This document shows positions 56,255 through 64,000 of a stretch of 64,000 bases of DNA, piece after piece. Below the pieces are notes generated by a model. It was not told where the DNA came from, made no database searches, and saw only the letters and a program-made list of their open reading frames with translations. How positions within the stretch are numbered: the first letter of the stretch is position 1; each line of letters begins with the position of its first letter. Both the position numbers and the translations under genes were made by a program. This DNA comes from Caldisericia bacterium (GTDB taxonomy: Bacteria > Caldisericota > Caldisericia > JAAYUI01). Where the stretch lies: contig OY771555.1 of NCBI GenBank assembly GCA_963674785.1, forward strand, positions 1,248,001-1,312,000. The letters are read 5' to 3'.

Positions 56255-58030
56255 CTATTCTCCTCTTCTTGTTCTTTCCTCTATCTCTGATCTGAGCCTC
56301 TGCTTCTCTACAAGCTCAGCATAATAACCATTCTTTGCAATCAATTCTTCATGTGTTCCATCTTCAGTAATACATCCACCCCTAATAACAATTATTCTAT
56401 CACAAAGAGTCATAATACTTACTCTATGGGCAATAATAACCGCTGTCTTACCCTCTAAGGTTGGAGCAATAGACTCAATAATTGCAGACTCAGTATGTGT
56501 ATCAACTGCTGATAGTGGATCATCAAATATCATAATTGGTGGATCAGCAAGAACAGCCCTTGAAATAGCAACCCTCTGTCTTTGTCCACCAGAAAGAGTA
56601 ACTCCTCTTTCCCCAATTACAGTTTCATATCCTTCATCAAACCCCATTATCTCATCATGAAGTTGAATCTTTTTTGCAACTTCTTCAATCTCTCCTCTTG
56701 TTGCCTCTGGTTTAATAAATGATATATTCTCAGCAATAGTTGAACTAAATAAGAACGCATCCTGTGGAACATATCCAATCGATGATCTTAGTTTTCCAAG
56801 ATCCCAATCTCTCACATCAACACCATCAATCTTTACAGAACCAGAAGCTACATCCCATGTCCTAAGTAACATCTTAGTAAATGAACTCTTACCAGCACCA
56901 ACGGGACCAACTATACCAATTACCTGACCCTTAGGTACTTTCAAACTTAAATCCTCAACTGAAATCGAAGAATCATCATACCTCAATGTAGCATCTGTTA
57001 TCTCAATATCTCCCCTCACTGTTTCTGGGGTGTAGGGATCAGAAGGTGATGAAACATCGGGTTTGATTTTGAGGATATCCCATATTCTACCAATCGAGAC
57101 TTTCGACCTTTGGTAGAGATTTATGATCCATCCAAGTCCGATCATTGGCCATATCAACATAACAACATAAACGAGGAACCCAGAGAGCTGACCGATTGTT
57201 ATGAATTTTGACATAAAGAGGTATCCACCGAACCAGATCACGCCGATGATTGGGATCCAGATAGAAAGTGAAAGTAATGGCCACCAAATAGCCCATATCT
57301 TGTTTATTGGTTTTACGGTATCAACGTATCCATCCATGAGTTCAGAAAATCTTTTGGATTCTTTGTCTCCCTGAGCATATGACTTGATTGTTCTTGCTCC
57401 AGAGAGGTTTTCTTGAATCCTATTGGAAACTCCATCGAAGTAGTGCTGAATTCTTAGGAAATGTTTGTGAATTTTTTTCCCAAGTACGTTTTCTATCAGC
57501 AAAACAAATGGCAGGAACACTAAAATGCTAAGTGAAAGCTGCCATGATATTGTAAACATGAAAACGAACGCCACCATTGTTCTGAGAAACGAACTTGGCG
57601 CAATTACTGAACCAAATGAAATAAACCTCATAATTGTCATCACGTCGGATGACGCTCTGTTCATGATTTCTCCGGTTTTCATTTTCCCGAAGAAGCTATC
57701 TGGAAGAATCATTAGTTTTTCGTATATCTTATTTCTAAGGTCATCTGAAACTTTTCTTCCCACAATGTGAATTGTATATCTGCATACGAAAAATATACTT
57801 ACTTTTGCAACCAAGATAATGACAGTCCAGATTAGAACCCAAAGGATAATTTGATTTGCTTCACTCTGAGGAATTTCTCCCTTTAATCCCATGTTTGCAG
57901 CATCAATGCTTTTTGCAATAAGCATCGGTATAATCATGTCAATTGCAGAGACGAATAATCCAAAGATTGATAAAACAAAACGTCCAAGATAGGGTCTAAG
58001 TAATTCGTAATATTGTTTGTATAATGACAT
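56255..58030 (-). CDS. ABC exporter half-transporter (TMD+NBD), second MdlA/YheI/TM287-like paralogue
   Basis: Same NBD as 54420-56222 except one residue, with a diverged TMD. Confidence 0.93.
   Translation of the reverse strand: MSLYKQYYELLRPYLGRFVLSIFGLFVSAIDMIIPMLIAKSIDAANMGLKGEIPQSEANQIILWVLIWTVIILVAKVSIFFVCRYTIHIVGRKVSDDLRNKIYEKLMILPDSFFGKMKTGEIMNRASSDVMTIMRFISFGSVIAPSSFLRTMVAFVFMFTISWQLSLSILVFLPFVLLIENVLGKKIHKHFLRIQHYFDGVSNRIQENLSGARTIKSYAQGDKESKRFSELMDGYVDTVKPINKIWAIWWPLLSLSIWIPIIGVIWFGGYLFMSKFITIGQLSGFLVYVVMLIWPMIGLGWIINLYQRSKVSIGRIWDILKIKPDVSSPSDPYTPETVRGDIEITDATLRYDDSSISVEDLSLKVPKGQVIGIVGPVGAGKSSFTKMLLRTWDVASGSVKIDGVDVRDWDLGKLRSSIGYVPQDAFLFSSTIAENISFIKPEATRGEIEEVAKKIQLHDEIMGFDEGYETVIGERGVTLSGGQRQRVAISRAVLADPPIMIFDDPLSAVDTHTESAIIESIAPTLEGKTAVIIAHRVSIMTLCDRIIVIRGGCITEDGTHEELIAKNGYYAELVEKQRLRSEIEERTRRGE
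56295..57037. repeat. 743-bp NBD-coding block, copy 2
   Basis: Matches 54472-55214. Confidence 0.92.
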
Positions 58031-58037
58031 GAACGGC

Positions 58038-58066
58038 AGTATACAGAAATGTTACCAATAAGTCAA
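58038..58066 (-). promoter_or_regulatory. sigma70-type promoter of the ABC operon (leaderless geometry)
   Basis: TTGACT-17 nt-TATACT ending 7 nt before ATG 58030; no SD. Confidence 0.75.
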
Positions 58067-58131
58067 CCGATGACTATTGATAAAGATGTAAAAATGTGCT
58101 AACATGCACGGAGAAACTAGGAGGTTTAAAG

Positions 58132-58794
58132 ATGGCAAATATGTTCAAAAGAATCAAAGACATTTTAGCAAGCAATGTATCAGATTGGCTCTCAAACATG
58201 GAAGACCCAGAAAAAATGCTTCCATACAAGATTGACGAAATGAAAACTGAGCTTGTAAAGGCAACCGATGCAACAGCAGAGGCTATGGCAATCCAGAGAC
58301 AGACTGAGATGAGGCTTGCAGATATTCAGGCAGACATCAAGAAGTACAACTTTGCCGCAGAAAAAGCTGCACAGAAGGGTAATGATGATCTTGCCAGAAA
58401 ATGCCTTGGCAGAGTGATTACACTTGAAAAACAGGAAAGTGCAAATATCAACTCTCTTGAAACCCAGGAAACAACTACAGAGAAACTCAAAGAGATCATC
58501 GAAGCACTCAAGGCAAAAATTGAGGAAGCCGAGATTAGAATGGATGAGCTTGTAGCAAGAAACAAAGCTGCCAAGGCTCAGGAAAAAGTTACAAAAGTAA
58601 TGGGCAACATTAATGTTGGCGATCTCGGAACAACATTCGATGATCTTGAAAAGAAAGTTATCAAACGTGAGCAGAAGGCTGCCGCACTCGCCGAACTTGG
58701 TGGATCAAAAGCGGATTCTCTTGACGATGAGATTGCTGAATACTCAGAAGAAGACGAAATTACAAAAAGACTTAATTCACTCAAAGGTGCATAA
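58132..58794 (+). CDS. pspA: PspA/IM30 family protein
   Basis: MFKRIKDIL...EDPEKML, GNDDLAR, long coiled coil, FDDLEKKV; AGGAGG SD. Confidence 0.93.
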   Translation: MANMFKRIKDILASNVSDWLSNMEDPEKMLPYKIDEMKTELVKATDATAEAMAIQRQTEMRLADIQADIKKYNFAAEKAAQKGNDDLARKCLGRVITLEKQESANINSLETQETTTEKLKEIIEALKAKIEEAEIRMDELVARNKAAKAQEKVTKVMGNINVGDLGTTFDDLEKKVIKREQKAAALAELGGSKADSLDDEIAEYSEEDEITKRLNSLKGA

Positions 58795-59189
58795 TGGGCG
58801 GTCTCTGGTATCTCCTGATTGCTGTTTTGGCTGGAATCGTCAGTGGTGTTATTATTGTCTTATTTAAGCGTGCAACAGCTGGAGTCTCAAAAAGTCAAAA
58901 CATTTCAAGATTGAAAATGGTTGAGAAACGCTGGTATAACTTCTCTGAAGACCTCAAACTTGTAAAAGACCTGGGAACAGATCTTGGAGATAAGTTTCCA
59001 AATGCAACCCCTGAAAGGGTTGAAAAAATAAAGGAACTTGCAAGAAAATTTGAGGGAGCTTGGTTCAGAGGAAAAGACGAATCAACCGGCGTTAAAACAA
59101 GTACCAACATGATGGAGACAATGACTACCTATGAGTATGAACGAATTCTAGAGAAACTTGAGGAAAATCTGGACAAGATATTCAAATAG
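58794..59189 (+). CDS. hypothetical membrane-anchored protein coupled to pspA
   Basis: TAATG stop/start overlap with pspA; N-terminal TM. Confidence 0.75.
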   Translation: MGGLWYLLIAVLAGIVSGVIIVLFKRATAGVSKSQNISRLKMVEKRWYNFSEDLKLVKDLGTDLGDKFPNATPERVEKIKELARKFEGAWFRGKDESTGVKTSTNMMETMTTYEYERILEKLEENLDKIFK

Positions 59190-59216
59190 ATTCCAATCAT
59201 ATTAATTGTGAAGCTG

Positions 59217-59251
59217 AAAAATGGCGTGTCGTAATGGCACGCCATTTTTTT
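59217..59251 (+). terminator. intrinsic terminator of the pspA operon
   Basis: ATGGCGTGTC-GTAAT-GGCACGCCAT followed by a T-run. Confidence 0.85.
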
Positions 59252-59416
59252 ATTGGATAAGGTTTAGCTAGTGGTGTTTCCGAATTATTATTGGATTGAG
59301 ATTTTGGATAGAGAGAGGGAGAAAAAAAGGAACCAAAACAAGAAGATGGGACTTTCATTCTTACGTTATTGTGTGTGTTTGAAATGTGAAAGGAGTTACA
59401 CAGTATAAAACAAAAG

Positions 59417-59448
59417 AAAAACCCCGCCCAAGAAACAGACGGGGTTTT
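59417..59448 (-). terminator. intrinsic terminator of the PQQ-propeller gene
   Basis: Minus strand CCCCGTCT-loop-GGGCGGGG followed by a T-run. Confidence 0.8.
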
Positions 59449-59477
59449 GGATATTAATTTAATAATGCAAACTACTA

Positions 59478-60686
59478 TTATCTATTGGTTTCCCAGACAA
59501 TACTTCCATCAGTGTCAATACAGATTGTTTTAAGCTCATCGTTTACTTTTCTTGCTGTGAAATAAAGCTTATCGCCATCAACAGCTGGTTTACATGAAAT
59601 ATAGTTAGGAGTTATGTTCTTCTTCCAAAGCTCACTAAGGTCTTCGTCAACGCAGATGATGTTTCCGGTATCTGTTCCGAAAATGATTTTTCCATCAACC
59701 TCAACTGGGCTGGAATTTACATATGCGTCTCTGCTTGAGAGAACATAGTGACCAAGTTGTTTGAATGTTCCATCTTCAAACTTATAAAGCCCATTTGTCT
59801 CAGTTTTGTCGCTCTGGCAACCAGCATAGATTGCACCATTAAAGGCTAGTGGTGTTGAGCGTGCCCATCTGACTTTATGAGACCATTCGGCATTATGTAT
59901 TTCAAAACCGTCTCCAGCCTTTGTTCCGTCGGCTGCATTTACTTTGTAAAGGTGGCTGTCATAGCTTCCGAAATAGATGTGTCCGTTATAGAGATTGAGG
60001 TTGCACTCGATTGCTGCACCATTTCTGTTTGCTGCTGAATCGGATTCATTCCATGGGTATGTGCCTGATCCCTCTGTCTGGAATGGCTTTTTCCATTTGC
60101 TGGATTTTTTTCCATTTTTGAGCTGGATGATTTCAACCTGACCAAAGAATGATGCTGCAAGGACACAATCATCAACGATAACTGGTCTGCTTACTGACCA
60201 TCCACCAAACCAATAGTTCCAAAGGAAAGTGCCATCGGTTTTGTAGGCTTCAATTGTCCCTTTACCAGCATTGATTCCGGTTGTTGGAACGATAACATAT
60301 CCGTCCTGGACGAGTGGCTGACCAAAAACACCCTTTGTGATTGGCATTCTCCATTCGATTGCACCTGTTTTTGCATCGATTTTGTGGAGGTGTCTGTATG
60401 GGAAGATTTCTGTTCCCAATACTGCATAAACTTTACCAGTTGATGCCTCAAGCTCTGGCGAAGCATAAACTCTATCTGTTGTTTCGATCTTCCAGACCTG
60501 TTTGCCATCGGATGCGTTGAGACCATAAAGTCCATCTGTGCCAATAGCGGTAATGACGATTCCGTCATAAATGGCTGGTGAAATTGACTGATAATATCCG
60601 CCTGCGAATGTTGGTGCACCTGTTGGTACAACTACAGAGATAGCGACGAGTGCAAGCAAAGTTACTGCAACTAGAAATTTCTTCAT
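59478..60686 (-). CDS. secreted PQQ-like beta-propeller protein
   Basis: Signal peptide after ATG 60686 (AGGAGG SD); SPAIYDG, DGKQVW, TGAIEW, YFGSYD, SSPV..GKIIFGT. Confidence 0.87.
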   Translation of the reverse strand: MKKFLVAVTLLALVAISVVVPTGAPTFAGGYYQSISPAIYDGIVITAIGTDGLYGLNASDGKQVWKIETTDRVYASPELEASTGKVYAVLGTEIFPYRHLHKIDAKTGAIEWRMPITKGVFGQPLVQDGYVIVPTTGINAGKGTIEAYKTDGTFLWNYWFGGWSVSRPVIVDDCVLAASFFGQVEIIQLKNGKKSSKWKKPFQTEGSGTYPWNESDSAANRNGAAIECNLNLYNGHIYFGSYDSHLYKVNAADGTKAGDGFEIHNAEWSHKVRWARSTPLAFNGAIYAGCQSDKTETNGLYKFEDGTFKQLGHYVLSSRDAYVNSSPVEVDGKIIFGTDTGNIICVDEDLSELWKKNITPNYISCKPAVDGDKLYFTARKVNDELKTICIDTDGSIVWETNR

Positions 60687-60845
60687 AGTAGTCCTCCTTA
60701 ACATGAAAGAGATTTTAGATTGTTACTGACTCCAGTCAAGGTAACTGGATGGTAAGAAATGAATAAAAATTGGTAAAATCGAAGCGTAACGATACTTGTG
60801 AATTTTTCCTTGTTTTTTCTTCCAAATTTGATGATAGTTTCCGAT

Positions 60846-62228
60846 ATGAGTGAACTACCAGGATACAAAGGAAAAGCGTTAGAGGTTTTATCAAGATTTT
60901 CAGCAAGAGTATGGGCGAAAGTCGAGATCGAAACTGATAGAGGAATATTTGTTGGAATTATTCTTCCAAGGGCTGAGCAGGCGGATGACCTTCATGTGGT
61001 CTTAAAGCTTATCACCGGATACAACATCGGAATTGCTGTCTCTAGCATCACGAATATCAAAGAGCTTGGTTATCGTGAAGCAAAATACAAAATCCCTGAA
61101 CAGGATTTCCCATTTGATGCTAAGAAACGAAATGTCACACTTCTTGGAACCGGTGGAACGATTGCGTCAAGACTTGATTATCGAACTGGTGCTGTTATTC
61201 CAGCTTTCAGTCCGGGTGAACTATATGGTGCTGTCCCAGAACTCGCAGATATTTGCAACCTGAAAACTGAAAAACTTTTTGGAGTTTTCTCAGAGAACAT
61301 GAGCTGGGAACAATACCGAATTCTGGCTGAAGCCATTGGTCGTGAAATTAACCAGGGTGCAGATGGAATCGTTATTGGTCATGGAACAGACACAATGCAC
61401 CACACAGCAGCTGCTCTTTCATATATGGTTCAGGATTCTCCAGTACCAATCGTCATGGTTGGTTCACAAAGATCATCTGATAGGCCATCATCTGATGCTG
61501 CATTCAACCTTCAGTGTGCTTGCAACACTGCAGCAAACGGTCAGATTGCAGAAACGCTTGTTTGCATGTTTGGGCCAACATCCGATTCATATAACCTTCT
61601 TCATCGTGGAACAAGAGTTCGCAAAATGCACAGTTCATATCGTTCAACCTTCAGAACCCTCAGTGATGTTCCAGTTGGAATGTGTACCCCTGACAAAGTC
61701 ACACCAATCAAAAAAGTTTTCAAACACAGAAGAAAAGACAGAAACGTAAAGATTGACACAGCATATGACGATCGTGTGACGATTGTTTATTATTACCCAG
61801 GAATGAAACCAGACATAATCGATTCACTTGTTAAGCGTGGTTATAAGGGTATCGTTATCGCTGGCACAGGTCTTGGTCATGTCAACAAGCCACTCTATGA
61901 GCCACTCACAAGAGCGGTCAATGCTGGTGTACATGTCTATATGACAGTCCAGACCCTTTGGGGATTTGCACAGATGTATGTCTATGATACCGGTCGCGAC
62001 CTTCTTGAGATGGGTGTTCAGTCAGCTGGCAACATGACCCCAGAGGCAGCATACATCAAGCTTGGTTGGGCATTGGGTCACTCACACGACAAAGACGAAG
62101 TACATAAGCTCATGGTAGAGGATATCATAAATGATGAGATCACGGAGCGTGAGCCACCTGATGGGTATCTCGTATTCCAAGGTGGACTTCCTGAAATTGA
62201 AGACTACTTGAGTAAGCATATCAGATAA
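60846..62228 (+). CDS. gatD: Glu-tRNA(Gln) amidotransferase subunit D (GatD)
   Basis: GatD N-terminal domain (GIILPR...HVVLKLITGYNIGI), TGGTIASRLDYRTGAV, SENM, HGTDT, GSQRSSDRPSSDA, RGTRVRKMHSSYRSTF, GTGLGH, VYDTGRDL, PEAAYIKLGWALG. Confidence 0.92.
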   Translation: MSELPGYKGKALEVLSRFSARVWAKVEIETDRGIFVGIILPRAEQADDLHVVLKLITGYNIGIAVSSITNIKELGYREAKYKIPEQDFPFDAKKRNVTLLGTGGTIASRLDYRTGAVIPAFSPGELYGAVPELADICNLKTEKLFGVFSENMSWEQYRILAEAIGREINQGADGIVIGHGTDTMHHTAAALSYMVQDSPVPIVMVGSQRSSDRPSSDAAFNLQCACNTAANGQIAETLVCMFGPTSDSYNLLHRGTRVRKMHSSYRSTFRTLSDVPVGMCTPDKVTPIKKVFKHRRKDRNVKIDTAYDDRVTIVYYYPGMKPDIIDSLVKRGYKGIVIAGTGLGHVNKPLYEPLTRAVNAGVHVYMTVQTLWGFAQMYVYDTGRDLLEMGVQSAGNMTPEAAYIKLGWALGHSHDKDEVHKLMVEDIINDEITEREPPDGYLVFQGGLPEIEDYLSKHIR

Positions 62229-62265
62229 CACCAAGACTCACTAAAACTAAATATTAGAAACTATA

Positions 62266-62301
62266 TAATGCCATAAGATTAGAAATAGTCTTGTGGCATT
62301 A
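62266..62301. terminator. hairpin between convergent gatD and KAP NTPase
   Basis: TAATGCCATAAGATTA-GAAA-TAGTCTTGTGGCATTA stem with G-U pairs and a GNRA loop. Confidence 0.65.
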
Positions 62302-62500
62302 GTTGTATATTGGGATAATTATTTTCCTATGTATAGCAATATATTACATTAATTAAGACTATTAATACAAATAAAAATATTTAAGTAATATGTATACTTT
62401 TGATAATTAGTATTATCAAGATATTTGTATAAAAATAGACATTAAAAACGTTATTACACATCTAAAATATTTATTATGCGTAAATAGATTATATTACAGT

Positions 62501-63895
62501 CTATTGTTCTATTAGCATGCTGAAATATTTATTATGGTTTTCAAATAGCTCTATACTATTTGAGTTGTTTTCTCTAAGTTCTGCTAAGCGGGTATTGATA
62601 TTCTGTTCTTGGTAATTTCTTTCTCCGGTTACTGAGATTTTTGCTGCTCTACTAAAAAATTTAAGGTACTCAGTTACCATTATCGAATCTATTTTGTCAA
62701 GTTCGAGTCGTTTGAATGCTTCTTCTCCCCAATCTGAAATTATCAAGCCATTCCTGTTTGAAAAAAGTAAGCGTACATCCCTAAGTTCGGCAAAAACCTT
62801 CGGATAGTAATAATAAAGCCAGCATAAACCCCAGAATTCGTTCCAGTTTACTTTCTCTTCGAAGAGAGATGCTCCAAATCTAAAAATGTTTATCAAGTTT
62901 TTGGCTTCTCTAATAGTTTTTACAGTTTCGACTGATAATTCGAACTCCTTAGATTTCGAAAACTTTTTTGCTTCTTGCAGTTTTTCTGAAGTAGATATTG
63001 TGTTAAAAGAAGGCTTATGTTTAAACTGTAAGTTGACTATATGTCTAGTTAGGAGCTTAGATAGGTTGCTTGTCGTTACTTTTGGCATATATGTTGGAAA
63101 TGTGATCATTTTTCTAATATAGTCTAATCCATTTCCACCAACTTCTTTTTTTATATTATTTGCCGTTGTGATTTGGTCATATGCTACAACAGTGTTTATG
63201 TTAGGTAAATCAGTCACCAATCTTATAACCTTTAACATTGTGAGGATCTCTTTTGATTGTAGTCTGTCCATGTCATCAATCAGGATTACTACCTTTCGAC
63301 TGAAGCTTCTAAGATTTCTTTCAAGCCTGTTTTTAATATCAAAAAAATCTTCTGGCATCTTTCCATATAAAAATGATTGAACACAATCAATAACTAGTTC
63401 AGGTATCTTAAATACAGGGTTGATTGTTGAGATTGCACCCATTACTTTCCCAAGTTTAATCAAATCATCACTTATATTAGGATTGCTTGTACCAATGGAT
63501 TTTGCGATTCTGTTTAGAAATGCTTCAATAATTTCCTTTTCACTACCAAAAAACCAGGGATCAAATTCAATCACAATTGGCATTTGTTTTCTCAGATTCC
63601 TAATGTATTTCTTCTTTCCTTGGCAACCTAGCTTTTTGAATTTTTCTCTGTTGCGAAAAGAATAAAGGAAGAACTTTTCGCTTTTAAGATAGCTTTTTAC
63701 AAAACCTAACATGCTAGATTTTCCAGAACCCCAAGGACCTGCAATTCCAATTGAATAATTACCACTATCAGTTGGGTTACAAGCGATTTTTGTAATCCTC
63801 TTTGCGTGGTTTTTAAATTTAAACAAATCATTTTTTGGATCACTGATTGGTTTGTCATCCTCATAGCCTAACTTCATTTTTGCTTTTTCAGTCAT
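62501..63895 (-). CDS. KAP-family P-loop NTPase
   Basis: DKPI...DLF, Walker A GPWGSGKSS, FDPWFF, Walker B ILIDDMDRL, DYIRKMI, TIREAK; GGAGG SD before ATG 63895. Confidence 0.9.
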   Translation of the reverse strand: MTEKAKMKLGYEDDKPISDPKNDLFKFKNHAKRITKIACNPTDSGNYSIGIAGPWGSGKSSMLGFVKSYLKSEKFFLYSFRNREKFKKLGCQGKKKYIRNLRKQMPIVIEFDPWFFGSEKEIIEAFLNRIAKSIGTSNPNISDDLIKLGKVMGAISTINPVFKIPELVIDCVQSFLYGKMPEDFFDIKNRLERNLRSFSRKVVILIDDMDRLQSKEILTMLKVIRLVTDLPNINTVVAYDQITTANNIKKEVGGNGLDYIRKMITFPTYMPKVTTSNLSKLLTRHIVNLQFKHKPSFNTISTSEKLQEAKKFSKSKEFELSVETVKTIREAKNLINIFRFGASLFEEKVNWNEFWGLCWLYYYYPKVFAELRDVRLLFSNRNGLIISDWGEEAFKRLELDKIDSIMVTEYLKFFSRAAKISVTGERNYQEQNINTRLAELRENNSNSIELFENHNKYFSMLIEQ

Positions 63896-64000
63896 TTCAC
63901 CCTCCAGCAAATAAATGTACAATAACATGATTGCTCACGCAATATTGGTAACATTTTCACAATTTCTGTCGTACTATAAGAAAAAACATGGAGAAGTTTA

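Noticed and set aside
59346-59408. 20-aa ORF MGLSFLRYCVCLKCERSYTV between two terminators
   Set aside because: Weak SD, no clear promoter, and the Cys codons derive from a TG-rich tract.
60846-62228. Plain type-I L-asparaginase (ansA)
   Set aside because: The N-terminal GatD domain and the SRLDYRTGAV and QRSSDRPSSDA motifs are GatD-specific.
1-64000. CRISPR array, rRNA, transposase, integrase or prophage
   Set aside because: No regularly spaced short repeats, rRNA-like sequence or recombinase/transposase/phage motifs were seen.

Overview
A 64-kb, AT-rich, gene-dense bacterial chromosomal segment, judged from sigma70-type TTGACA/TATAAT promoters, Shine-Dalgarno sites, an FtsB-like gene and bacterial tRNA-Met and tRNA-Phe. 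The many secreted beta-propeller/Ig proteins with C-terminal copper-amine-oxidase-N ('stalk') domains, together with peptide-fermentation genes, suggest an anaerobe, possibly Caldisericota-like (inference only). Genes include cobO (partial), ftsB-like, an XRE/AT-hook regulator, flotillin-NfeD, a K+ channel, an arylsulfotransferase, a class-V PLP enzyme, hsp20, an alphaCTD-sigma4 fusion, an HD hydrolase with a YwgA-like partner, a CLC-CBS protein, a 14-kb array of giant surface proteins, cupin-type PGI, a 2-oxoacid:ferredoxin oxidoreductase operon led by a heme-type lipoprotein, trkA, two TM2 proteins, three ABC exporter half-transporters, pspA, gatD and a KAP NTPase. No CRISPR array, rRNA, integrase or transposase was seen. 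Main highlights: (1) an unannotated 52-aa SCIFF-like ranthipeptide precursor that lacks the Cys crosslinked in thermocellin, next to a radical SAM/SPASM maturase; (2) an archaeal-type GatD in a bacterium; (3) at least eight genes with leaderless promoter geometry; (4) a cysteine-desulfurase homologue whose catalytic Cys is Gln; (5) two ABC paralogues sharing an apparently identical NBD block nearly devoid of C-ending codons; (6) a secreted-enzyme gene broken by four consecutive +1 frameshifts. All calls come from reading motifs by eye; no database searches were run.
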